From assembly GCA_964016885.1 (NCBI GenBank), contig OZ024747.1:57040001-57104000 (forward strand): 64,000 bases of DNA, given 5' to 3'. Below the pieces are notes generated by a model. That model saw nothing but the letters and a program-made list of their open reading frames with translations, was not told where the DNA came from and searched no databases. Of the stretch, positions 1-12,432 are shown piece after piece; the first letter of the stretch is position 1; the number at the start of each line of letters is the position of its first letter. Source of the stretch: Eledone cirrhosa. Its lineage: Eukaryota. The position numbers were made by a program, and so were the translations under genes.

Positions 1-780
1 ATGTTGGTGTAGGTGGTGGTGGTGGTGGTAGTGATGTTGGTGATGTTGGTGTAGGTGGTGGTGGTGACAGTGATGTTGGTGGAGATGGTGGTGGTGGTGG
101 TGGTAGTGATGTTGGTGATGTTGGTGTAGGTGGTGGTGGTGACAGTGATGTTGGTGGAGGTGGTGGTGGTGGTAGTGATGTTGGTGTAGGTGGTGGTGGT
201 GACTGATGTTGGTGGAGATGGTGGTGGTGGTGGTGGTGGTGGTAGTGATGTTGGTGATGTTGGTGTAGGTGGTGGTGGTGACAGTGATGTTGGTGGAGAT
301 GGTGGTGGTGGTGGTGGTAGTGATGTTGGTGATGTTGGTGGTGGTGACAGTGATGTTGGTGGAGATGGTGGTGGTGGTGGTAGTGATGTTGGTGTAGGTG
401 GTGGTGGTGGTGGTAGTGATGTTGGTGTAGGTGGTGGTGGTGACAGTGATGTTGGTGGAAATCATGGTGATGGTGGTGGTGATGGTGATGTCATTGGTGG
501 TGGCAGTGGTGTTGGTGGAGGTGGTGGCAGTGGAGATGGTGGTGGCAGTGATGGCAGTGGTGGTGGTGGTAGTGATGTTGTTGGAGGTGGTGGTGTTGGT
601 GGCAGTAGTTGTAGTGGAGGTGGTGGTAGTGGCAGTGGTGGTGGTGGTGGTGGCAGAAGTGTTGGTGGAGGTGGTGTTGGAGGTGGCAGTAGTGGTGGTG
701 GTGGTGGTGGCAGTAGTGTTGGAGGTGGCAGTAGTGGTGGTGGTGGTGATAGCAGTGGTGTTGGTGGAGGTGGAGGTGAG
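1..780. repeat. (GGT)n-based compound tandem repeat
   Basis: GGT runs interrupted by recurring AGTGATGTT/GACAGTGATGTT/GTAG; the Gly/Val/Pro-rich ORFs are its translations. Confidence 0.9.
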
Positions 781-1084
781 GGTGGAATGAAGAAGTGGAT
801 GGAGGTTGAAGTGATGATGAGAGGTTTTAGTGGAGGTATGGGGGGGAATGGTGGAGGAAGAGAGGAAGTTGAAATGGGGAGGTGTAATAGAACAGAGAAA
901 TAGGTGGGGTTGTTGGTGGTGTTGGTGGGGTTGTTGGTGGTGTTGGTGGGGATGTTGGTGGTGCTGATATGGAGGAGGGGTAGTTGGATGGAATGGGGGT
1001 AGTATGGAAGGTACAAACAAATTTGGAGGTATGGAGAAGTGGAAGAATTTAAGGCTGTTCAATTGGTGGTTGTGGTGAAGTCCT

Positions 1085-2110
1085 GGTGGTCTGGTGTGGT
1101 GTATCTTGTGGTGGTGGTGGTGGTCTGGTGTGGTGTATCTTGTGGTGGTGGTGGTAGTGGTGGTCTGGTGTGGTGTATCTTGTGGTGAAGTGATGGTGGT
1201 GGTGGTGGTCTGGTGTGGTGTATCTTGTGGTGGTGGTGGTGGTGGTCTGGTGTGGTGTATCTTGTGGTGGTGGTGGTGGTGGTCTGGTGTGGTGTATCTT
1301 GTGGTGGTGGTGGTCTGGTGTGGTGTATCTTGTGGTGGTGGTGGTGGTGGTGGTCTGGTGTGGAGTATGTGGTGAAGTGGTGGTGGTCTGGTGTGGTGTA
1401 TCTTGTGGTGGTGGTAGTCTGGTGTGGTGTATCTTGTGGTGGTGGTGGTGGTCTGGTGTTGTGTATGTGGTAAAGTGGTGGTGGTGGTGGTGGTCTGGTG
1501 TTGTGTATGTGGTAAAGTGGTGGTGGTGGTGGTGGTCTGGTGTGGTGTATCTTGTGGTGGTGGTGGTGGTCTGGTGTGGTGTATCTTGTGGTGAAGTGGT
1601 GGTGGTGGTGGTGTGGTCTGGTGTGGTGTATCTTGTGGTGGTGGTGGTGGTGGTGGTGGTCTGGTGTGGTGTATCTTGTGGTGGTGGTGGTGGTGGTCTG
1701 GTGTGGTGTATCTTGTGGTGGTGGTGGTGGTGGTGGTCTGGTGTGGTGTATCTTGTGGTGGTGGTGGTGGTGGTCTGGTGTGGTGTATCTTGTGGTGGTG
1801 GTGGTGGTGGTGGTCTGGTGTGGAGTATGTGGTGAAGTGGTGGTGGTCTGGTGTGGTGTATCTTGTGGTGGTGGTGGTGGTGGTGGTCTGGTGTGGAGTA
1901 TGTGGTGAAGTGGTGGTGGTGGTGGTGGTCTGGTGTGGTGTATGTTGTTGTGGTGGTGGTGGTGGTGGTCTGGTGTGGAGTATGTGGTGAAGTGGTGGTG
2001 GTGGTGGTGGTCTGGTGTGGAGTATGTGGTGAAGTGGTGGTGGTGGTGGTCTGGTGTTGTGTATGTTGTTGTGGTGGTGGTGGTAGTGGTCTGGTGTTGT
2101 GTGGTGTATG
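1085..2110. repeat. Variable-length minisatellite: (GGT)n + CTGGTGTGGTGTATCTTGT spacer
   Basis: Near-constant 19-nt spacer recurring between GGT runs of variable length. Confidence 0.9.
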
Positions 2111-2420
2111 TGGTGGATGTAGAAAAGTTGAAGGAAGTTATGGTGGTAGTGCAGTGAGGTTTGAACTGGTGAGGATGGTGGAATGGAAGTATAGATGGGA
2201 GGTGGTGTTTGTGGTGGTGGTGGTGGTGGATAGTAAATTGGAGGTTAGTGTGGGGTGTTAAGTATATGGGGGGGGGTAGGTATATGGGGAGAGGTGTGGG
2301 AGGGATTCTCTAGTATTACAGTTTGGTGTCTCCTCCTCCTTTCAAAGCCGCCAGTCAGGTGTGATTTGAGACAAACATGGCTGCTATTTCTAGCAAGTAT
2401 AATGTAGAAGGGAGGGATGA

Positions 2421-5400
2421 GGTGTGGTGTAAGGTGGTGGTGGTGGGTGAGGTTTGGTGTGTGGTGTAAGGTGGTGGTGGTGGGTGAGGTTTGGTGTGTG
2501 GTGTAAGGTGGGGGTGGTGGGTGAGGTTTGGTGTGTGGTGTAAGGTGGTGGTGGTGGGTGAGGTTTGGTGTGTGGTGTAAGGTGGGGGTAGTGGGTGAGG
2601 TTTGGTGTGTGGTGTAAGGTGGGGGTAGTGGGTGAGGTTTGGTGTGTGGTGTAAGGTGGGGGTAGTGGGTGAGGTTTGGTGTGTGGTGTAAGGTGGGGGT
2701 AGTGGGTGAGGTTTGGTGTGTGGTGTAAGGTTGTGGTGGTGGGTGAGGTTTGGTGTGTGGTGTAAGGTGGTGGTGGTGGGTGAGGTTTGGTGTGTGGTGT
2801 AAGGTGGGGGTAGTGGGTGAGGTTTGGTGTGTGGTGTAAGGTGGGGGTAGTGGGTGAGGTTTGGTGTGTGGTGTAAGGTGGGGGTAGTGGGTGAGGTTTG
2901 GTGTGTGGTGTAAGGTGGTGGTGGTGGGTGAGGTTTGGTGTGTGGTGTAAGGTGGTGGTGGTGGGTGAGGTTTGGTGTGTGGTGTAAGGTGGTGGTGGTG
3001 GGTGAGGTTTGGTGTGTGGTGTAAGGTGGGGGTAGTGGGTGAGGTTTGGTGTGTGGTGTAAGGTGGGGGTAGTGGGTGAGGTTTGGTGTGTGGTGTAAGG
3101 TGGTGGTGGTGGGTGAGGTTTGGTGTGTGGTGTAAGGTGGTGGTGGTGGGTGAGGTTTGGTGTGTGGTGTAAGGTGGTGGTGGTGGGTGAGGTTTGGTGT
3201 GTGGTGTAAGGTGGTGGTGGTGGGTGAGGTTTGGTGTGTGGTGTAAGGTGGGGGTAGTGGGTGAGGTTTGGTGTGTGGTGTAAGGTGGTGGTGGTGGGTG
3301 AGGTTTGGTGTGTGGTGTAAAGTGGTGGTGGTGGGTGAGGTTTGGTGTGTGGTGTAAGGTGGTGGTGGTGGGTGAGGTTTGGTGTGTGGTGTAAGGTGGT
3401 GGTGGTGGGTGAGGTTTGGTGTGTGGTGTAAGGTGGGGGTAGTGGGTGAGGTTTGGTGTGTGGTGTAAGGTGGTGGTGGTGGGTGAGGTTTGGTGTGTGG
3501 TGTAAGGTGGTGGTGGTGGGTGAGGTTTGGTGTGTGGTGTAAGGTGGGGGTAGTGGGTGAGGTTTGGTGTGTGGTGTAAGGTGGGGGTAGTGGGTGAGGT
3601 TTGGTGTGTGGTGTAAGGTGGTGGTGGTGGGTGAGGTTTGGTGTGTGGTGTAAGGTGGTGGTGGTGGGTGAGGTTTGGTGTGTGGTGTAAGGTGGTGGTG
3701 GTGGGTGAGGTTTGGTGTGTGGTGTAAGGTGGTGGTGGTGGGTGAGGTTTGGTGTGTGGTGTAAGGTGGGGGTAGTGGGTGAGGTTTGGTGTGTGGTGTA
3801 AGGTGGTGGTGGTGGGTGAGGTTTGGTGTGTGGTGTAAGGTGGTGGTGGTGGGTGAGGTTTGGTGTGTGGTGTAAGGTGGGGGTAGTGGGTGAGGTTTGG
3901 TGTGTGGTGTAAGGTGGTGGTGGTGGGTGAGGTTTGGTGTGTGGTGTAAAGTGGTGGTGGTGGGTGAGGTTTGGTGTGTGGTGTAAGGTGGTGGTGGTGG
4001 GTGAGGTTGGTGTGTGGTGTAAGGTGGTGGTGGTGGGTGAGGTTTGGTGTGTGGTGTAAGGTGGGGGTAGTGGGTGAGGTTTGGTGTGTGGTGTAAGGTG
4101 GTGGTGGTGGGTGAGGTTTGGTGTGTGGTGTAAGGTGGTGGTGGTGGGTGAGGTTTGGTGTGTGGTGTAAGGTGGGGGTAGTGGGTGAGGTTTGGTGTGT
4201 GGTGTAAGGTGGGGGTAGTGGGTGAGGTTTGGTGTGTGGTGTAAGGTGGTGGTGGTGGGTGAGGTTTGGTGTGTGGTGTAAGGTGGTGGTGGTGGGTGAG
4301 GTTTGGTGTGTGGTGTAAGGTGGTGGTGGTGGGTGAGGTTTGGTGTGTGGTGTAAGGTGGTGGTGGTGGGTGAGGTTTGGTGTGTGGTGTAAGGTGGGGG
4401 TAGTGGGTGAGGTTTGGTGTGTGGTGTAAGGTGGTGGTGGTGGGTGAGGTTTGGTGTGTGGTGTAAGGTGGTGGTGGTGGGTGAGGTTTGGTGTGTGGTG
4501 TAAGGTGGTGGTGGTGGGTGAGGTTTGGTGTGTGGTGTAAGGTGGTGGTGGTGGGTGAGGTTTGGTGTGTGGTGTAAGGTGGGGGTAGTGGGTGAGGTTT
4601 GGTGTGTGGTGTAAGGTGGTGGTGGTGGGTGAGGTTTGGTGTGTGGTGTAAGGTGGTGGTGGTGGGTGAGGTTTGGTGTGTGGTGTAAGGTGGTGGTGGT
4701 GGGTGAGGTTTGGTGTGTGGTGTAAGGTGGTGGTGGTGGGTGAGGTTTGGTGTGTGGTGTAAGGTGGGGGTAGTGGGTGAGGTTTGGTGTGTGGTGTAAG
4801 GTGGTGGTGGTGGGTGAGGTTTGGTGTGTGGTGTAAGGTGGGGGTAGTGGGTGAGGTTTGGTGTGTGGTGTAAGGTGGTGGTGGTGGGTGAGGTTTGGTG
4901 TGTGGTGTAAGGTGGTGGTGGTGGGTGAGGTTTGGTGTGTGGTGTAAGGTGGTGGTGGTGGGTGAGGTTTGGTGTGTGGTGTAAGGTGGTGGTGGTGGGT
5001 GAGGTTTGGTGTGTGGTGTAAGGTGGTGGTGGTGGGTGAGGTTTGGTGTGTGGTGTAAGGTGGGGGTAGTGGGTGAGGTTTGGTGTGTGGTGTAAGGTGG
5101 TGGTGGTGGGTGAGGTTTGGTGTGTGGTGTAAGGTGGTGGTGGTGGGTGAGGTTTGGTGTGTGGTGTAAGGTGGTGGTGGTGGGTGAGGTTTGGTGTGTG
5201 GTGTAAGGTGGTGGTGGTGGGTGAGGTTTGGTGTGTGGTGTAAGGTGGTGGTGGTGGGTGAGGTTTGGTGTGTGGGGGTAGTGGGTGAGGTTTGGTGTGT
5301 GGTGTAAGGTGGGGGTAGTGGGTGAGGTTTGGTGTGTGGTGTAAGGTGGGGGTAGTGGGTGAGGTTTGGTGTGTGGTGTAAGGTGGTGGTGGTGGGTGAG

Positions 5401-6075
5401 GTTTGGTGTGTGGTGTAAGGTGGGGGTAGTGGGTGAGGTTTGGTGTGTGGTGTAAGGTGGTGGTGGTGGGTGAGGTTTGGTGTGTGGTGTAAGGTGGTGG
5501 TGGTGGGTGAGGTTTGGTGTGTGGTGTAAGGTAGGGGTAGTGGGTGAGGTTTGGTGTGTGGTGTAAGGTGGTGGTGGTGGGTGAGGTTTGGTGTGTGGTG
5601 TAAGGTGGTGGTGGTGGGTGAGGTTTGGTGTGTGGTGTAAGGTGGTGGTGGTGGGTGAGGTTTGGTGTGTGGGGGTAGTGGGTGAGGTTTGATGTGTGGT
5701 GTAAGGTGGGGGTAGTGGGTGAGGTTTGGTGTGTGGTGTAAGGTGGTGGTGGTGGGTGAGGTTTGGTGTGTGGTGTAAGGTGGTGGTGGTGGGTGAGGTT
5801 TGGTGTGTGGTGTAAGGTGGTGGTGGTGGGTGAGGTTTGGTGTGTGGTATAAGGTGGTGGTGGTGGGTGAGGTTTGGTGTGTGGGGGTAGTGGGTGAGGT
5901 TTGATGTGTGGTGTAAGGTGGGGGTAGTGGGTGAGGTTTGGTGTGTGGTGTAAGGTGGTGGTGGTGGGTGAGGTTTGGTGTGTGGTGTAAGGTGGTGGTG
6001 GTGGGTGAGGTTTGGTGTGTGGTGTAAGGTGGTGGTGGTGGGTGAGGTTTGGTGTGTGGTGTAAGGTGGTGGTGG
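2421..6075. repeat. 37-bp G/T-rich minisatellite, about 99 copies, two interspersed variants
   Basis: Unit GTGTGGTGTAA-GGTGGTGGTGGTG (or GGTGGGGGTAGTG)-GGTGAGGTTTGGT; AAGG at 2431 and 2468 gives period 37. Confidence 0.97.
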
Positions 6076-6340
6076 TAGGAAGGTTTGGTCTAAAGTGGTG
6101 GTGGTAGGGAGGTTTGTTCTAAAGTGGTGGTGGTGGGGAGGTTTGGTCTAAAGTGGTGGTGAGGGGGTCTAAAGTGGTGGTGGTTGGGAGGTTTGGTCTA
6201 AAGTGGTGGTGGTAGGGAGGTTTGGTCTAAAGTGGTGGTGGTGGGGAGGTTTGTTCTAAAGTGGTGGTGGTAGGGAGGTTTGGTCTAAAGTGGTGGTGGT
6301 AGGGAGGTTTGGTCTAAAGTGGTGGTAGTGGTGGTCAAAG
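6076..6340. repeat. ~29-bp minisatellite related to the adjacent 37-mer
   Basis: AAAGTGGTGGTGGTAGGGAGGTTTGGTCT; AAAG at 6092 and 6121. Confidence 0.85.
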
Positions 6341-6679
6341 TTGTGACATCATGATGGTGATGTTGTTGTGTTTGCTGTCTTAATTATTATCATGTAATTT
6401 CCAGAATAATGTTAATTAAAATATTTCTTGAGGTTGTTATTGTTATTGTTATTGTGGTTCTAACTCTTGTTATTAATTTGTATTGTTTTGTTATTATTGG
6501 TGTTGTTATTGTTGTTATTGTTGTTATTGTTGTTATTGATGTTGTTATTGTTGTTGTTATTGTTGTTATTGTTGTTGTTATCATTGGTGTTGTTATAGTT
6601 GTTATTGTTATTGTTGTTATTATTGTTGTTGTTATTGTTTTAGTTGTTACCATTGGTGTTGTTATTTTTGTTGTTGTTT

Positions 6680-6823
6680 CCAGCATAGTTACGTCCCTTT
6701 ACAATCTGAGTTCAAATCCCGCCGAGGTTGACTTTGCCTTTCATCCTTACGGGGTCGATAAAATAAAGTACCAGTAATGTACTGGGTAATTGCTGGCCTT
6801 GTGCCTAAAGTAGAAACAATTAT
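6680..6823 (+). mobile_element. SINE family B (tRNA-type), 5'-truncated, within (TTG/TTA)n
   Basis: B-box-like GAGTTCAAATCCC, then GCCGAGGTTGACTTTGCCTTTCATCCTTACGGGGTCGATAAAATAAAGTACCAG; more than 12 copies in the window. Confidence 0.85.
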
Positions 6824-7114
6824 TGTTGTTGTTATTGTTTTTGTTGTTACCATTGTTATTTTTGTTGTTGTTATTGATGTTGTTGTTGTTATTGGGTTGT
6901 TATTGTTGTTGTTATTGTTGTTGTTATTGTTGTTATTGATATTATTATTATTGGTGTTGTTATTGTTGTTCTTATTGTTGTTGTTATCCTTATAGCTATC
7001 AGTCATTCTCTTACCATCTCCACCTCTTCCTCCATCTCAATACCGCCATCTTTTAAATCTTAATTTTATGTTAATTCTTTTCAAATACCACCCATCTACT
7101 TTTTATTTATTGAT

Positions 7115-8745
7115 ATGTGTGTGTATATGTGTGCATGAGAGAGTGAGTATGTGTGTGAGTGTGAGTGTGTGGTATGTATGTGAGTGTGTGTATATGTGTG
7201 TGTATATGTGTGTGTATCTGTGTGCATGAGAGAGTATGTGTGTGAGTGTGAGTGTGGTATGTATGTGAGTGTGTGTGTGAGTGTATATGTGTGTGTATAT
7301 GTGTGTATGAGAGAGAGAGAGTATGTGTGTGAGTGTGAGTGTGAGTGTGTGGTATGTATGTGAGTGTGTGTGAGTGTATATGTGTGTGTATCTGTGTGTA
7401 TGAGAGAGAGAGAGAGTATGTGTGTGAGTGTGAGTGTGTGGTATGTATGTGAGTGTGTGTGTGTGAGTGTATATGTGTGTGTATCTGTGTGTATGAGAGA
7501 GAGAGAGAGTATGTGTGTGAGTGTGAGTGCGTGGTATGTATGTGAGTGTGTGTGTGTGAGTGTATATGTGTGTGTATCTGTGTGTATGAGAGAGAGAGAG
7601 TATGTGTGGTATGTATGTGAGTGTGTGTGTGAGTGTATATGTGTGTATATCTGTGTGTATGGGAGAGAGAGAGTATATGTGTGAGTGTGAGTGTGTGGTA
7701 TGTATGTGAGTGTGTGTGTGGTCTGTGTGTATGAGAGAGAGAGAGTATGTGTGGTATGTATGTGAGTGTGTGTGTGAGTGTATATGTGTGTATATCTGTG
7801 TGTATGGGAGAGAGAGAGTATGTGTGTGAGTGTGAGTGTGTGGTATGTATGTGAGTGTGTGTGTGTGAGTGTATATGTGTGTGTATCTGTGTGTATGAGA
7901 GAGAGAGAGAGTATGTGTGTGAGTGTGAGTGCATGGTATGTATGTGAGTGTGTGTGTGTGAGTGTATATGTGTGTGTATCTGTGTGTATGAGAGAGAGAG
8001 AGTATGTGTGGTATGTATGTGAGTGTGTGTGTGAGTGTATATGTGTGTATATCTGTGTGTATGGGAGAGAGAGTATATGTGTGAGTGTGAGTGTGTGTGT
8101 GTGTGTGTGTGTGGTATGTATTTGAGTGTGTGTGTGAGTGTATATGTGTGTGTATCTGTGTGTATGAGAGAGAGAGAGAGAGTATGCATGTGTATATGTG
8201 TGAATGTGTGTGTGGGTATGAGAGAGAGAGTATGTGTGTGAGTGAGTATATGCGTGTGTATATGTGTGAATGTGTGTGTGTGTATGAGAGAGAGAGTATG
8301 TGTGTGAGTGAGTATATGCATGTGTATATGTGTGAATGTGTGTGTGTGTATGAGAGAGAGAGTATGTGTGTGAGTGAGTATATGCGTGTGTATATGTGTG
8401 AATGTGTGTGTGTGTATGAGAGAGAGAGTATGTGTGTGAGTGAGTATATGCGTGTGTGAATGTGTGTGTGTGTATGAGAGAGTATGTGTGTGAGTGAGTA
8501 TATGCGCGTGTATATGTGTGAATGTGTGTGTGTGTATGAGAGAGTATGTGTGTGAGTGTGTATATGTGTGAATGTGTGTGTGTATGTGTGTGAGTGAGTG
8601 TGTGTGTGTGTGTGAGTGTGTATATGTGTGAATGTGTGTGTGTATGTGTGTGAGTGAGTGTGTGTGTGTGTGAGTGTGTATATGTGTGAATGTGTGTGTG
8701 TATGTGTGTGAGTGAGTGTGTGTGTGTGTATGAGTGTATGTGTGT
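7115..8745. repeat. Compound (TG)/(GA)/(TA) microsatellite with ~60-66 bp higher-order units
   Basis: Recurring ATGAGAGAGAGAGTATGTGTGTGAGTG blocks; the His/Thr-rich ORFs are artefacts. Confidence 0.9.
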
Positions 8746-8858
8746 TTCATAGTTTCTCTGACTCAAATATAATTCTTTACAGTAATTTATGATCTCAATC
8801 ATCAATATTATCAATGGCCATCATCATCATCATCAGCAGCAGCATCATCATCATTATA

Positions 8859-9060
8859 GGATTGGCAGAATTGGTAGAGCATCGGACACTATGCTTTGCA
8901 ACATAGAGTTACATCCCTTTACTTCTGAGTTCAAATCCTGCCAAGGTTAACTTTGACTTTCATCCGTACGGGATCGATAAAATAAAGTACCACCAGTCAT
9001 GCGCTGGGGTCAATTTAATGAACTTTCCTCTCTCCCAGATTGCTGGCCATGTGCCTAAAC
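8859..9060 (+). mobile_element. SINE family B
   Basis: GGATTGGCAGAATTGGTAGAG head, GAGTTCAAATCC box, shared central domain. Confidence 0.85.
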
Positions 9061-9439
9061 TGCACTAAACACTAAAACAACAACAACAATAACAACAGTA
9101 ACAACAACAGCAACATCAGTAACAATGATAACTAATAACAACAGTAATTTTAACAATAACAACTTCAACAAGACAATCATGATCATCATCAACGACAACA
9201 ATAACAAAAATAAAATAAAACTAACACCATAAATAAAAGATTTAAAAAAAGATGGAAAGGACATTATTTCAAATTAATGGAGTTTTAAACAATATTAGGT
9301 AGTGAATTGGCAAAGTCATTATGGTGTCAGATTAAATCACCCTGTATTTGTTCTGGTTCACTGCACTCTGAGTTCTAATTCTACCAAGGTCAACTCTGTT
9401 TTTCATCTTTTTGGGGTCATTAAACAAAGTAACTGTCTA

Positions 9440-9925
9440 GCAGATTCTTCTATCTCTCATTTGAGGTTGACAAATAAAGTACAAGTCTAATACTAGGGTA
9501 GATTTCTCTATCTCTCATTTGAGGTTGACAAATATAGTTCCAGTCTAATACTAGGGTGGATTCTTCCTCTATCTCTCATTTGAGGTTGACAAATAAAGTC
9601 CCAGTCTAATACTAGGGTAGATTTCTCTATCTCTCATTTGAGGTTGACAAATAAAGTACGAAGCTAAATCTAGGGTAGATTTCTCTATCTCTCTTTTGAG
9701 GTTGACAAATAAAGTACGAAGCTAAATCTAGGGTAGATTTCTCTATCTCTCTTTTGAGGTTGACAAATAAAGTACGAAGCTAAATCTAGGGTAGATTTCT
9801 CTATCTCTCATTTGAGGTTGACAAATAAAGTACGAAGCTAAATCTAGGGTAGATTTCTCTATCTCTCATTTGAGGTTGATAAATAAAGTACCAAGCTAAT
9901 TCTAGGGTAGATTCTTCCTCTATCT
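9440..9925. repeat. 58-bp minisatellite (~8 copies) resembling the 3' part of SINE B
   Basis: CTAGGGTAGATT at 9670, 9728, 9786 and 9844; follows a degenerate SINE B at ~9300-9440. Confidence 0.85.
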
Positions 9926-10524
9926 CTATTATCACTTTCTCTCACTCTCGTTCCTTATCTTGAAGAAATCAGCTTTCAGACCTGGAGGGGAATGGACTCT
10001 GTCAGTTTTGAAATGTCCAAGGCAGGCTATGCAAAAGGATAGCATCCCTAGGACACCCTCAGAAGTTAAGGGTTTTTTCCTCTTTCCTAAATTGTATTGG
10101 CATCAATTATATCAACAGCAACAGCAACAATAACAATATCAAAAACATCAATATCATCGAAACATCATCATCATCATCATGATTATCATCGTTTTTACAT
10201 CCACTTTTCCACGCTTCCATGGGTTGGAGAGGTCCTTCTCAACCCATCACTAACATCAATATCAACAACAACATCAATATCATCAATGACGACAATAACA
10301 ATATCATAACTCTAACATTAATATCATCATGAAATAAAATAAAAGAAAAGGAAATTTACAGTTCTCATCTAGGTATAATACAGGTTCAACAGCCATCTGA
10401 AGAGGATACTTCTCATAGGAGATTTCCAGGGGGATTTAATGATAGGGGCTCCAGTCCTATCATGTAAAGCAATGTATCTGTCCACTGGGGCCACAGGGCA
10501 GCCAGCACATAGGCCCTATTTTCT

Positions 10525-10866
10525 TTGGGTTAACTTTCATTTTAATAAAGAAAGCACAGTATTTCTTTTGTGCATTATACCACCTCTGTTTCTGAAATTA
10601 AAGAATGGGAATAAATTATATCTTGAATATTACATGACCATGGAATACAGACATGTGACTTTTTTTCTTTCGTAAACATTTTGTAAACTTGTTTTTTGTT
10701 ATTGAAAAAAACTCTCAATCTTACATATATTTCACAACAGTATTTTGTTTCTCATGACATTAAAAATTGTAAAACATTTGCTTATAATAGTGAGAGATGG
10801 AGGGAACAGAAGAGACGGAGGTAGTGACAATGGTGGTTTGATTCCATTGTGTTCGGACCAGGTGTA
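10525..10866. repeat. Unclassified interspersed repeat (second copy ~46312-46652)
   Basis: Colinear similarity from TTAACTTTCATTTTAATAA to CCATTGTGTTCGGACCWGGT. Confidence 0.75.
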
Positions 10867-10869
10867 TAT

Positions 10870-11060
10870 GTATCATCATCATCATCATCATCATCATTAC
10901 CGTTTTACGTCCATTCTTCCACGCTAGCATGGGTTAGACGGGTTGTCCTGTTGCGGGCAGTAGTCAGTCGGCTGACCATGTCTTGCTCATACGGGAACTG
11001 ATTCTGGCTTGATTTCTACAGCTGGATGCCCTTCCTAACACCAACCTCATTTACAGCGAG
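10870..11060 (-). mobile_element. SINE family A 3' part, tail type 2
   Basis: Reverse complement of GGTGTTAGGAAGGGCATCCAGCTGTAGAAA...CCCATGCTAGC...GGACGTAAAA with (ATG)n tail. Confidence 0.85.
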
Positions 11061-11446
11061 TCATATATATATATATGTTTCACAAACACACACTCACACA
11101 TCTGTTTCCCTATAACCAATACCAATGCAGCATCTTTCTCAAGAATGCAACACATTCCTCATGCCAAGAATTGAATATATGACTTTATGTTAGTGAGTCC
11201 TACAACTTAATCTCTAGGCCATGGGCCTCACATGATATTCATTATCAACAACAACAACAAGACTGGGCTGAAACTACTAAGGTGATTGATGTGCTAGAAT
11301 CAACAGTTATTTCACACTTCTATCATATTTCTTTTTACATCTTAAAGAGGTAACAGAGAGAGAAGTAAAATATGTATAGAGAAACACACACATGTATACA
11401 TATATACATACATACATACATATATATATATACATATATATATAAT

Positions 11447-11783
11447 GGAGGCACATGGCTTAGTGGTTAGAGCATTGGCCTTGCAATCGAAAGGTTGTGA
11501 GTTCAATTCTCAGACTGGGTGATGTGTTGTTTCCTTGAGCAAGACACTTTATTTCACATTGCTCCAGTTTACTCAGCTGTAGAAATGAGATGATAGGGAC
11601 TGGGGTCCCTATCATTCCACTGTAAAGTGGTCGTGGAGGTGCCACGGCAAAAAAGCACCCAGCACTCACTGTAAATGAGGTTGGTGTTAGGAAGGGCATC
11701 CAGCTGTAGAAATCAAGCCAGAATCAGTTCCCGTCCCACCCTTGCAAGCAGGGAAAAGTGGACGTAAAATGATGATGATGATG
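11447..11783 (+). mobile_element. SINE family A, full length: tRNA head, CORE-like domain, RTE-derived tail type 1
   Basis: A box TGGCTTAGTGG, B box GAGTTCAATTC, CCTTGAGCAAGACACTT...CAGCTGTAGAAATG resembling the CORE domain; tail matches the 3' end of the RTE at ~20590. Confidence 0.88.
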
Positions 11784-11787
11784 ATAT

Positions 11788-11820
<33 letters not shown>

Positions 11821-12016
11821 GATATAGATATATATTTAATACATTAACAGAGAAAGCTTTAAGTGATACTCTGACCAACTCCATCTCACTCAACAAACAT
11901 AAGGTTATACCTAAGTATAATCGCAATTTAGTGTTTGGGGTGCTAACTATTTAGTATTCCGTGGAAAGTTGGTTGTATTATTTTATATGAGACAATTAAA
12001 TAAATCTCTCTTTCTT

Positions 12017-12139
12017 TCCATACGATCGTTTCATTATAAGATTTCTACAAGTTGGGATAAATAATGTCCAAGTTAAGTAGAAACTCGTATATAATCCATA
12101 GATATACACTCAAGCAGGCCCTTATAACTCATCAGTGGA
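12017..12139 (-). ncRNA. Type I hammerhead ribozyme motif with large stem II insertion
   Basis: Minus strand: UCCA-CUGAUGA-GUUAUAAG...CUUAUAAU-GAAA-CGAUCG-UA-UGGA; palindromic stem III, GUA site. Confidence 0.72.
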
Positions 12140-12389
12140 TGCCCATGCAATATCGATATAAAAAATTGTATATATGAATATATATATATATATTTCGTTT
12201 CTGAATTTGTTTAGCAAGATTCTTTATCTGAAAACGTGTGTTGAAACCGATATTGTTATGCTTTGGGAGGGTCATGTTGCCAATAAAAAACACACGCACC
12301 AGTTGCTTTCACTTCAATTTATTATAAATTAAATTTATAAATTTCCGGTTGGTTGGTTGGTTCCACAATCAGACGATTGTTCATATATT

Positions 12390-12432
12390 GTCAAAATTCT
12401 TTCGTCACACATTCTGTGACCTCTTCAGTGAC
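12390..12432 (-). ncRNA. Minimal hammerhead motif
   Basis: GUCA-CUGAAGA-G-GUCACA/UGUGAC-GAAA-GAAU-UU-UGAC. Confidence 0.6.

Noticed and set aside
2421-6340. Telomeric repeat
   Set aside because: No TTAGGG array; the unit is 37 bp
190-8814. Long Gly/Val/Pro/His-Thr ORFs, up to 572 aa
   Set aside because: Translations of stop-poor tandem repeats, open in several frames, with no domain content
10395-10430. CTGAAGA followed by a hairpin
   Set aside because: No GAAA after the hairpin
11447-11520. tRNA gene
   Set aside because: A/B boxes belong to a SINE head that continues into a multi-copy body and tail
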